Below are positions 25,618 through 37,127 of a stretch of 64,000 nt of DNA, in pieces. The DNA is from Chiloscyllium plagiosum (lineage: Eukaryota). The position numbers and the translations under genes are program-made. Below the pieces are notes generated by a model. It searched no databases. It was not told where the DNA came from and was given only the letters and a program-made list of their open reading frames with translations. The stretch's first letter is position 1; each line of letters starts with the position of its first letter. The stretch covers positions 19,916,351-19,980,350 of the forward strand of contig NC_057718.1 in NCBI RefSeq assembly GCF_004010195.1. Reading direction: 5' to 3'.

Positions 25618-27135
25618 AAGCTCGCAAGCTGGTGAGAAAGCAATAGCTATTACCAAAAAGTTCTTCAGAATTCAACTGCTCAACACGAGGTATGCTCAAA
25701 TAAGCATTATCTGTCCTCAGAAAAATCAATATTTCAACATCTGATTAAATAACTTACACCGACAACGTGTAAAACCTGCTTTCAATCAAGTCAACAGGAA
25801 TTTTATAACAAGCTAATACAGTAAATGGGCATTACACTGATAGCTGTCTATCACACAGCAAGAGCAAAACAAAACAGTAGCAGGTTAAAAAAGGTTTGAT
25901 ACTAAAGTATCAGTGAACTACAAACAACAGAATTATCTATAAAAATGAACATAGCTTGAAGCTTGAGAACACAGTTCAAGATAAAAAAAAACTTTTGAAT
26001 CGAAACAGGAAATACGTACAAGATTTTTCAAAATTTGTTTGCAATACAGGGATTCTCAGCAATTGGTTACGAGGAATGAAGGCAGCAAAATAAAGACAAG
26101 GCAAATGGTTAAAGAAAATATATTAAATATCTATAATCACATGCCAATATGATACTGGTAATCAAAACTGTTCCAGAAAAGTCACCATGCTCTGCTAAGC
26201 TGATTATAATTTGTCAGTTATGGCAATTTGATAAAATTCAAATGGATAAATTAGCCAATAACTCAATCCAACTTTAAAAAAATGTTCAAATTACATATGG
26301 CAGTCAACTTTTTTGAAAAGGTAACTAATCAAAATGCAAGAGATTATACCTCAATAAAAAATGTAATGTAAATACTATGCTTGTGTGAGACCATGTATTA
26401 AATGGCTTTGTAATCTCATTGAAGCTGTGCACTGTTGAAGGCAGTTGTCATAGGAATTATATCTGCTAGTAAGAGTGGACATAGAGATTGGTGGTATGAT
26501 CCATAAATTGATAACATCCCTGATGTAGATCAATGACACATCCAAAAACTGCTCAAATTTCCAGATGAAATTAATAAGGGCAATGTAATCATAGAAACTG
26601 TTTAGGAATTGCACAGTTTGAAAGATAGGTAATTGATATGGCATATAAAGGATTGCTTTAAGGAAGGAAAAAATGGGCAGTACACATTATTCGTGAATGG
26701 TGTTGAAGCAGGTAGGAATGAAGTGAAACAGATCTCGGAATCTTCACAAATTCATCACTCAAATAGCTAACCAGTGCAGGATATAATCAACAAAATAAGA
26801 TGTTGACACAGAGCCCAAAACACAATAAAAGTCAGAGAAAGTCATGATTAAACTCTATATTTCAAGTCACACTACAACTGAGCATCGGTCACTCAGAAAC
26901 AGGATAGGTATTCAGTGTTGCAAACAGCAATAAAAACAGTTCATCTGGAGACTTAAAAGTCTGCATTAAACAAAGTCTGAAGGTTCCCATGTTCATCAGC
27001 TTCAGATGATGCATCCAAGAAGCAATCTTAGAGATATATAAGATACCAAACTGTTTAGGACAGGTAATTTTGAAAATTATCCCACGCTTTCCGTTTAACT
27101 AAAAGGATCCTAGGCTCAAACTAATAAAGGGCAAT

Positions 27136-27461
27136 GTTGTGGTTCTGTTCGCCGAGCTGAGAATTTGTGTTGCAGACGTTTCGTCCCCTGTCTAGGTGAC
27201 ATCCTCAGTGCTTGGGAGCCTCCTGTGAAGCGCTTCTGTGATGTTTCCTCCGGCATTTATAGTGGTTTGTCTCTGCCGCTTCCGGTTGTCAGTTCCAGCT
27301 GTTCGTTATAAATGCCAGAGGAAACATCACAGAAGCGCTTCACAGGAGACTCCCAAGCACTGAGGATGTCACCTAGACAGGGGACGAAACGTCTGCAACA
27401 CAAATTCCCAGCTCAGCAAACAGAACCACAACATTGAACACCCGAGCTACAAATCTTCTCA
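27136..27461. mobile_element. Fold-back Penelope-type pLTR insertion (third family) with TSD
   Basis: ~125-bp near-perfect inverted arms (27134-27261 and 27308-27434); aataaa(g/a)ggcaat on both flanks; hammerhead cores on both strands. Confidence 0.85.
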
Positions 27462-27834
27462 CAATAAAAGGCAATCTTAGAATTGATAAAAATCAAGTAC
27501 TTCTTCAGTGATCAACAATGTCATGGAATCCTGGTGAACTAATGAGACAAGATTGGAATCACTATCTAAAATATCTTTCTTACCTGAAATTACCACAGTA
27601 ACTTGATTACAAGGAAAGTGCGGAGCCAATTTTTGGACTGTTAAATCACAATGGAATTCTTCTGTTCTCTGAACAGTATGGCAGAAATTTCAAAGCCCGC
27701 TAAGGAGGTTGATGCGCTGCTGAAAACATCTCATCCAAAAGGCAGCACCTCTCAACACTTCAAACTGAAGCAACAACCTAAATTACGTGCTTCTGACTCA
27801 AAGGGGACACACTCCTGACAGAATCACAGAACTG

Positions 27835-28607
27835 GATTTGTGGTGCTGGAAGAGCACAGCAGTTCAGGCAGCATCTGAGGAGCAGTAAAATCGACGTTTT
27901 GGGCAAAAGCCCTTCATCAGGAATAAAGGCAGAGAGCCTGAAGCGTGGAGAGATAAGCTAGAGGAGGGTGGGGGTGGGGAGAAATTAGTATTGAGTACAA
28001 CAGGTGAGTGGGGGAGGGGATGAAGGTAATAGGTCAGGGAGGAGGGTGGAGTGGATAGGTTAAAAAGAAGATAGGCAGGTAGGACAAGTCATGGGGACAG
28101 TGCTGAGCTGGAAGTTTGGAACTAGGGTGAGGTGGGGGAAGGAGAAATGAGGAAACTGGTGAAGTCCACATTGATGCCCTGGGGTTGAAGTGTTCCGAGG
28201 TGGAAGATGAGGCGTTCTTCCTCCAGGCGTCTGGTGGTGAGGGAACGGCAGTGAAGGAGGCCCAGGACCTCCATGTCCTCGGCAGAGTGGGAAGGGGAGT
28301 TGAAACCACAGGGCGGTGTGGTTGATTGGTGCGGGTGTCCCGGAGATGTTCCCTAAAGCGCTCTGCTAGGAGGTGTCCAGTCTCCTCAATGTAGAGGAGA
28401 CCTATTGTACTCAATGCTACTTTCTCCCCAACCCCACCCTCCTCTAGCTTATCTCTCCACGCTTCAGGCTCTCTGCCTTTATTCCTGAAGGGCTTTTGCC
28501 CGAAACGTCGATTTTACTGCTCCTCGGATACTGCCTGAACTGGTGTGCTCTTCCAGCACCTCTAATCCAGAATCTGGTTTCCAGCATCTGCAGTCATTGT
28601 TTTACCT
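27835..28607 (-). mobile_element. Penelope-like element: GIY-YIG fragment between inverted pLTRs, with TSD
   Basis: ORF 28034-28414 LLYIEETGHLLAERFREHLRD matches the GIY-YIG YIGET..L..RF.EH motif; arms ~27842-27985 and ~28424-28560 inverted; agaatca(c/t)agaactg at 27820-27834 and 28608-28622. Confidence 0.9.
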
Positions 28608-28652
28608 AGAATCATAGAACTGTTGAATTTAGATGGCCATTTAGCCCATTGT

Positions 28653-30165
28653 GGAGAAAGTAAGGATGGCAGATGCTGGAGATGGGAAGATAGCTTGGAA
28701 GGCAATAGGTGGATGCACATGGGGGGGTCTTGGTGATGGGTCAGAAAAATGCATGGAACGGCTAGGTGGGAAGCAAGATGGATAGGTGGGAGAAGTTGAG
28801 GAGGGCGGTGGAGGGATGGATCTGGGATAAGGTGGGGGGGAGGGGAGATGAGGAAACAGGTGAAATCAACATTGATGCCATGTGGTCAGAGTGCCAAGGT
28901 GAGGTGTTCTTCCTCCAGGCATCAGGTGGCTAGGATTTGGCGGCGGTGGTGGTGGCTCAGGACTTGTACATCCTTGGTGGGGTGGGAGGGAGAGTTGAAG
29001 TGGTTTGGCACAGGGCGGTGGGGCTGTTTGGTGTGTGATGTTCTCCGAAACGTTCTGCTAGTTGACATCCTGTCTCCCCAATAGAGAGGAGACCACATTG
29101 AGAGCAACGGACACAGTAGATGAGGTGTTTGGGTGTGCAGGAAAGTCTCTGCCAGATGTGGAAGGACCCTTTGGGTCGTTGGGGTGAGGTGTGGGCGCAG
29201 TTTTTACACTTCTTGCGGTTGCAAAGGAAAGATGCCAGGAGTGGAGGATGGGTTGGTGGGTGGCGTGGACTTTACAAGGGAGGTGCGAAGGGAATGGTCT
29301 CTGCTGAATGCTGATATGGGTAGTGAGGAAATATCTCTGGTGAGGTGATCTGACTGTAGGTGACTGAAATGGCAGAGGATGATGCGTTGCACCTAGGGAT
29401 TGGTGGTGTGAAAGGTGAGGACCAGGACATTCTATCCTTTTTGTGGTTGGAGAGGTGGGGTACAAGGGCGGAGGTGTGGGAAGTGGAGGAGATGCGCTGG
29501 AGGGAATCGTTGACCACGTGGGAAGGGAAATTGCGGTCCTTGAAGTTGGAGACCATCTGGGATGTTCTGGACTGGAATCGTTCCTCCTCAGAGCAGATGC
29601 GATAAAGGCAGAGGAATTGGGAGGAAGGGACAGCATTTTTATTTACAGGGTGGGGTGGGAGGAGGTGTAGTTCAGGTAGCTGTGGGAGTCAGTGAGTTTG
29701 AAGTGGATGTCAGTGTTGACTCGGAGAAGTCCAGGATGTGGAGGGAGGAGTCCAAGATGGTCCAGGTGAACTTGAGGTCAGGGTGGAAAGGGTTTGTGAA
29801 GTTGATGAAGCACCTAGGGACCCTCCAACTACACAGTATCAACATCAATTTCACCAGTTTCTTTATCTCCTCTCCCCACACCTTATCCCAGATCCAACCC
29901 TCCAACTCGACACTGCCTTCTTGAATTTCTTCCACCAGTCCGTTCCACCCTCCCCTCCAACCTATCACCATCACCGCACTCCCCTCTCCCAACCTGCATC
30001 CACTTATCACCTTCCTAGCTATCCTCCACCGCATCCCCCCTCCCAGCTGCATCCCACCCCCCCCCACCTCAGCCCCCTTGGGCACCCACCCCCAACATTC
30101 AACATTCCTGATGAACGGTTTACACCCAAAATGTTGACTCTCCTGCTCCTCAGATGCTGCCGAAT
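28653..30165 (-). mobile_element. Older Penelope-like element (RT C-terminus, GIY-YIG, inverted terminal part)
   Basis: Homologous to 13527-13950 and 28130-28400; frameshifted; inverted segment ~29815-30165 ends in a degenerate pLTR. Confidence 0.85.
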
Positions 30166-30184
30166 CTGCCACATTTTTTGACTT

Positions 30185-31620
30185 TTGCCCATTATGTCTG
30201 CATTGGCTCCCCAAAGAGCATTATTACTTGGTGCCATTCACTTGCCTTTTTCCCATTACCTTGAATATTGCTTCTACTCGTATTATCATCCATTATCGCC
30301 TTGAAGGCCTCAATTGACTCTGTCGCTATCACACCTCGAGGCAGTGCATTCCCCTCATGTTAAATATGTGCCCCCAATTCTCCATCCTTTCACATGTTGG
30401 TACATTTTCTCAACTATTACATCAAGATCTTATGATTTTGGAAATTTCTATCAGATCTTCACTTACCCTCCTTCTCTCCAAGGGTGTGTGTCCCGGCCTC
30501 ACCAATCGATCCTCATCAGACCACTCTTGTAAATGGATCTGCACTCTCTCCAATGCATTCATATGCTTCCTGTAGCGTGGGTCACCAATATTCCATTTAA
30601 GGTTTAACATGTGTCACATATAAATTTCGGATCACCACCTTGTTCTTGTATTCTTAGTCTCTATTATTATGCTTTATTAACTGTTCTCTCTACAAATCCT
30701 GAAACCATCTATGCATTGTACATCCAGGTCCTTCTACTCTCCCTGAAGTACTGTACCCCCTTTTTAATTGTTCATGTTCTTCTGACCAAAATGCATCACT
30801 TCATATGTCTCTGCATTCAACTTCATGTGCCACCTAACTGCCCACTTCATCTACTTGTCCACGCCCTTTTAGAATTCTACACCTCCTCCACAGAGTTAAC
30901 AATGCTTCCAAGTTCTGTGCATTCCACAAACTTTGAAATTACCTCCAGCGCACCAAGGTCTAGGTCAGGAAAATTTGTCAGGAAGTGCCAGGGTCCCAAT
31001 ACAGACACCTGTAAACTTCAATACAAGCCTTCCCACAGCCCGAGAAATATCTACTGACCACTACTGTTTCCTGGTACAAAGTTGGCAAAGTAACAATGTT
31101 GCTACTGTCCCTTTTAATCCATGAGCTATAACTTTCTTCACAATCCTGTTCTATCAAATGCTTTTCCAATGCCCACGTACACCCACGTACATTACCCTCA
31201 TTGGTCCTTTCTGTATACTACTTCAAAAATATTCTCGAAAATTAGTCAAACTTTTCCCTTTAGAAATCCACACTGGCTCTTGCTAAACAGCTCACCAATT
31301 TTCTCCCCTCACAACCCCTCCAAGTGACTACTACTTCTATCCCAAATAAAAACCATCAGATCTTCTAAAAACTTCTGCAGTCCAAGTGACTCATCTGCAA
31401 TTGTTAGAGTTATCCATACAACCAATTTTGAACAAGGGCACAATGTCTGCAATTCTTCAATCCTCTGGCACCTCTCCAGTGTTTAGGCATAATTGATAGA
31501 TTATGGCCACTACCACCACAATTCCTACTTTCACTTTGTTCAATATCCTTGGTTTTATCTCATCTAATGCCAGTGTCTGGTTGACTTTAAGGGTCAATAA
31601 CCATGTAATACTTGTTCCTC
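30185..31620 (-). mobile_element. Degraded CR1 LINE (RT to 3' end)
   Basis: Minus translation PRYRKHMNALERVQ...LERRRVSEDLIEISKII; reverse-complement RT motifs. Confidence 0.75.
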
Positions 31621-31631
31621 ATCAATTTTGA

Positions 31632-31787
31632 AATCACAAGCTTTTGGAGCACCGCTCCTTTGTCAGGTGAAGGATTTCACTCGACGAAGGAGCAATGCTC
31701 CAAAGGTTTGTGATTAAAAAACAAACCGATTGGACTATAACCTGGTGTCGTGTAACTTCTGACCTTGTCCACACTGGCAACTCCAAA
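31632..31787. mobile_element. Degenerate fold-back pLTR (family of 16713-16913)
   Basis: ggagcaccgctcc/ggagcaatgctcc inverted pair, ttggactataacctggtg tail, atcaattttga flanks. Confidence 0.7.
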
Positions 31788-33119
31788 TCAATTTTGAGCT
31801 CTTCTAAATGAGAAAATTTCCCTTTTCTGTCACCATGGCTTGTGTAGCATTTGTCCCTTTCTTCAGGAAAGAAGTAAAGTATTCACTTAAGTCCTGAGCC
31901 TTGCCTCTCTCCTCCATATGTAAATCTCCCTTTACATCCCTAATCAGCCCTACTCCTCATATTACCCATCTAATATTGATGTGCCTACAGAAGAAATGAG
32001 GGTGAAAACACTGCCAGAGCTGAGGTTCACATTTGCCAACACAGTAAAAGGCATTAGGAAAGAAAATTAAGTGTGGGACAAAAGTAGCTGAAGGGTTTAC
32101 CTCCAAAAGTGGAATAAAGAAAGATAGTGAGTGGTGTCACAGGAGTGGAAATGGATATTTTGAAAAAGTTGCAAAGGAATTTTGAGCTGGAAATGTGAAC
32201 GGTGCAAATATTTGCTTGCTTCTGTAGTTCTTAAGTCATAATTTTCAGACTACTTTCTGAGACAAACCCACTTTATAAGTAATAGCACTGCTGTCAGAGG
32301 CTTTAACATTTCCAAGGAGGCGTTTTTGATTGTTCATAAGATGTTGAGTGCTAACAGTAGCCTTCCAACTTCGTGGAAAACTTACAGGATGCATCTTTGA
32401 TCACAACCAAGCATGTTTGCCAACCTAATTTGCATTTTCAGCTGTTCTTTAAAGGATCTTTCACCAAACCTCAGAAAAGCTCAAAGGAGAAGCAGTGACT
32501 TTTAAATTTTGCAGTTGGGGGAAGTTTATCAACTGGCAAATGTGTCAGTATGTACAGGTAAAATTCAGCACGAAGCAAACCATGTTATATTCACTGTAAT
32601 ACTAGTGCATCAAATTGCTTGTCTACATTTTAAAGAGTCATAAGTGAGACTGGTGCAAGACAAGAATGTGTGTATTTCATTCTTGGACATCACCTGATCA
32701 TTGGAGCTAATGCTCATTTGGAATAACGGTGAGATCTAAGTAGTCAACAAGTGTGGGAAGAGAACCTCAGTCAAATGTAATCTAATCAAAGCATACTGTA
32801 TGTACAGGCTGGGCCTGCAGGTACACTTCTCAAACTGAAATTGTTGTAAACAGGCCGATCAATCAGATATATAAAAAGACAGATGTGCCTTATTATAAAA
32901 ACAAAATACCATGGATCCTAGGAAGAAGTCATACTATTCTGAAGAGTCACACTGCACTTGAAACGTTAACTCTGCTTCTTTCCCCACAGATGCTGCCAGA
33001 TCTGTTAAGTTTATCCAGCATTTTCTGTTTTAGGACAGAACAGCCTCTCAAGGTTATAAAAGGTTTTGCAGTGCTGAGCTAATGACAACATCTCTTAATT
33101 AAAAATATAAGGTACACAT

Positions 33120-36100
33120 ATTAAGTTAGCCTGGAGCAGTTTTGTAGAGGAGGAGGACAGTGCTATTTTCTGGGTCTGCAGACTGGAAGAAGCAAAAATG
33201 GTCCTTAGTAGAGCGATATGTTCTTGTCGGATGTTGGAGTTTCGGGAGAGTTTACATGCTATTGAGGATTAAATCTGGATTAAAATGCCGTTGGTTGCAA
33301 ATCCTATCAGATCAAATGGATCATTTGGAGCGATAGTTAGAAGCAAAGAGGAATTTTAAAAAGCAAGGGGGCGTGATGGATGGCAGTTATATGAAGGGAG
33401 AAAAGTCACAGATACAGTCACATAGATGGGTTAACTCTCGGAAAGGTAAGAGAGGTAGGCAGTTTGTGCAGGAGTTTTCTGTGGCTATCCCCATTTCAAA
33501 CAAAATGCTTTTTGGAAAATGTAGGGGGTGATGGATTCTCAGGGGGATGTAGCACAAACAGCCAAGTTTCAGGTTTCGAGACTGGCTCCAATACAACGAG
33601 GGGTACGTCGGGTTCCAAGAGATCGATTGTATTTGGGGACTCTATAATCCAAGGCACAGACAGATGTTTCTGCGACCAGCAGTGAAAAATCAGAATGGTG
33701 TGTTGCCCCCCCCCCCCGGAGCCAAGCTCAAGGATATCTCAGAGGGTGCAGAATGTTCTCAGAGAGGATCCAACAGGAGATCATTGTCCACATTGGACAC
33801 AACGACATAGGAAGGGAAAAGGTTGAGATTCTGAAAGGAGATTAGAGAGAGTTAGGCAGGAATTTAAAAAAGGTCCTCGAAGTAGTAATATCTGGATTAC
33901 TCCCAGTGCTATGAGCTAGTGAGGGTAGGAATAGGAGGATACAGCAGATGAATGCATGGCTGAGGAGCTGGTGTATGGGAGAAGGATTCAAATTTTTTGG
34001 ATCATTAGAATCTCTTCTGGGGTAGAAGTGACCTGTACAAGAAGGAAGGTTTGCATCTGAATTGGAAGGGGACGAATATACTGGCTTTAAGATTTGCTAG
34101 AGCTGCTCTAGCAGACTATTAAGGTGGGGGTCTGCTCTAGCAAACAAATAAAGGTGGGGGTGTTGGACCCAGGGAGATAGGTGAGGAAAGAAATCAATCG
34201 GAGACTGGTACAATTGAGAAAGAAAGTGAGTCAAACAGTCAGGGCAGGTGGGGACAAAGCAGAGAACAAGGCAGGACTGATAAATTAAACTGCATTTATT
34301 TCAATGTAAGAGGCTTAACAGGAAGGGCAGATGAACTCAGGGCATGGTTAGAAACATGGGACTGGGATATCGTAGTAATTATAGAACATAGTTCAGGGAT
34401 GGACAGGACTGGCAGCTTAGTGTTCAGGATACAAATGCTACAGAAAGGGAGGCAAGAGAGGAGGGGGGAGTGGCGTTTTTGATAAGGGATAGCATTACAA
34501 CTGTACTGAGGGAGAATATTCCTGGAAATACATTCAGGGAGGTTATTTGGGTGGAACTGAGAAATAAGAAAGGGATGATCATCTTATTGGGATAGTATTA
34601 TAGACCCCCCCAATAGTCAGAGGGAAATTGAGAAACAAACTTGTAAGGAGGTCTGAGTTATCTGTAAGAATAATAGGGTGGTTATGGTAGGGGATTTTAA
34701 CTGGCATAGTGTTAAAGGTTTAGATGGAGAGGAATTTGTTAAGCATGTACAAGAAAATGTTCACATTCAGTCTGTGGATGTACCAACTAGAGAAGGTGCA
34801 AAACTTGACATAATCTTGGGAAATAGGGCACAGCAAGTGACTGAGATGTCAGTGGGGGAGCACTTTGGGTCCAGCAGCCATAATTCTATTAGTTTTCAAA
34901 TACTGGTAGAAAAGGATAGACCAACTCTGAAAATTGAAGTTCTGAATTGGAGAAAGGTCAATTTTGACAGTATTAGGCAAGAACTTTCAAAAGCTGATTG
35001 GGGGCAGATGTTCGCAGGTAAAGGGATGGGTGGAAAATGGGAAGCCTTCAGAAATGAGAGAAAAAGAATCTAGAGAAAGTATATTCCTGTCAGGGTGAAA
35101 GGAAAGGCTGGTAGGTATAGGGAATGCTGGATAACCAAAGAAATTGAGGGTTTGGTTATGAAAAAGAAGGAAGGAAGTATATGTCAGCTATAGACAGGAG
35201 TGAATCCTTAGAAGAGTATAAAGGCAGTAAGAGTATACTTAAGAGGGAAATCAGGAGGGCAAAAAGAGGACATGAGATAGCTTTGGCAAATAGAGTTAAG
35301 AAAAATCCAAAGGGTGTTTACAAATACATTAAGGACAAAAGGGTAACTAGGGAGAGTATAGGGCCCCTCAAAGATCAGCAAGGTGGCCTTTGTGTGGAAC
35401 CACAGGAGATGGGGGAGATACCAAACGAGTATTTTGCATCAGTGTTTACTGTGGAAAAAGACATGGAGGATATAGAAATGTAGGGAAATAGATAATGACA
35501 TCTTGAAAAATATCCATATTATAGAGGAAGTGCTGGGTGTCTTGAAATGCATAAAAGTGAATAAATCCCCAGGACCTGTTGAGGTGTATCCGAGAATTCT
35601 GTGGGAAGCTGGAGAAGTGATTGCTGGGCCTCTTGCTGAGATATTTGTATCATTGATAGTCACAGGTGAGATGGTGGAAGACTGGTGGTTGGCTAATATG
35701 GTACCTTTTTTTTTAAAAGAGATGGTAAAGACAAGTCAGGGAACAATAATAGATCAGAGAGCCTGATGTTCGTAGTGGGCAAGTTGTTGGAGGGGATCCT
35801 GAGGGACAGGGTGTACATGTATTTGGAAAGGCAAGGACTGGTTAGGGATAGTCAACATGGCTTTGTGCATGGGAAATCATGTCTCCCAACTTGATTGACT
35901 TTTTTTGAAGTAACAAAAAGCGGATTGATGAGGGCAGAACGGTAGATGTGATCTGTATGGACTTCAGTAAAGCATCTGACAAGCTTCCCCATGGGAGACT
36001 GGTTAGCAAGGTTAGATCTCATGAAATACTGGGAGAACTAGCCATTTGGATACAGAATTGGCTGAAAGTTAGAAGACAGAGGGTGAGGGTGGAGGGCTGT

Positions 36101-37127
36101 CTTTCAGACTGGAGGCCTGTGACCAGTGGAGTGCCATAAGGATCAGTGCTGGGTCCTCGACTTTTTGTCATTTACATAAATGATTTGGATGTGAGCATAA
36201 GAGGTACAGTTAGTAAGTTTGCAGATGACACCAAAGTTGGTGGCGTATTGGACAGCAAAGGTTACCTCAGATTACAACAGAATCTTGATCAGATGGGCTA
36301 ATGGGCTAAGGAGTGGCAGATGGAGTTTAATTCAGATAAATGTGAGAAGTTGCATTTTGGGAAAGCAAATCTTGGCAGGACTTATACACTTAATGGTAAG
36401 GTCCTAGCGAGTGTTGCTGAACAAAGACCTTGGAGTGCAGGTTCATAGCTCCTAGAAAGTAGTCGCAGGTGGATAGGATAGTGAAGGTGGCATTTGGTAT
36501 GCTTTCCTTAATTGGTCAGAGTATTGAGTACAGAAGTTGGGAGGTCATGTTGCGACTGTTCAGGACATTGGTTAGGTCACTGTTGGAATATTGCGTGCAA
36601 TTCTAGTCTCCGTCCTATTGGAAAGATGTTTTGAAACTTGAAAGGTTCAGAAAAGATTTACAAGGATGTTGCCAGAGTAGGAGGATTTGAGCTATAGGGA
36701 GAAGTTGATTAGGCTAGGATTATTTTCCCTGGAGCGTCAGAGGCTGAGGGGTGAACTTATAGAGGTTTATAAAATCATGAGGGGCATGGATAGGGTACAT
36801 AGACAAGGTCTTTTTCCTGGGTTGGGGGAGTCCCGAACGAGAGAGCATAGGTTTACAGTGAGAGGGGAAAGATAAAAGAGACCTAAGGGGCAACCTTTTC
36901 ATGCAGAGGGTGGTGTGTGTGTGGAATGGGCTGCCAAAGGAAGTGGTGGAGGCTGGTATAATTGAAAAATTTAAAAGGCATCTGGGTGGGTATATGAATA
37001 AGAGGAGTTTGGAGGGATATAGGCAGGGTGCTGGCTACTGAGACTAGATTGGGTTGGGATATCTGGTTGGCACAGACGAGTTGGACTGAAGGGTCTGTTT
37101 CCATGCTGTACATCTCTATGACTCTAT
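33120..37127 (+). mobile_element. Near-full-length decayed CR1 LINE (ORF1 esterase, ORF2 APE endonuclease and RT)
   Basis: ORF1 remnant IVFGDSIIQGTDRCFC (GDS esterase motif); ORF2 LNCIYFNVRG, VGDFN, SSHNSI, MDFSKA.DK, SGVP.GSVLGP, FADDTK; tail ctctatgactctat; many stops and frameshifts. Confidence 0.95.

Noticed and set aside
28848..30237. Cluster of overlapping ORFs up to 192 aa
   Set aside because: GC-rich frameshifted Penelope sequence, not host genes
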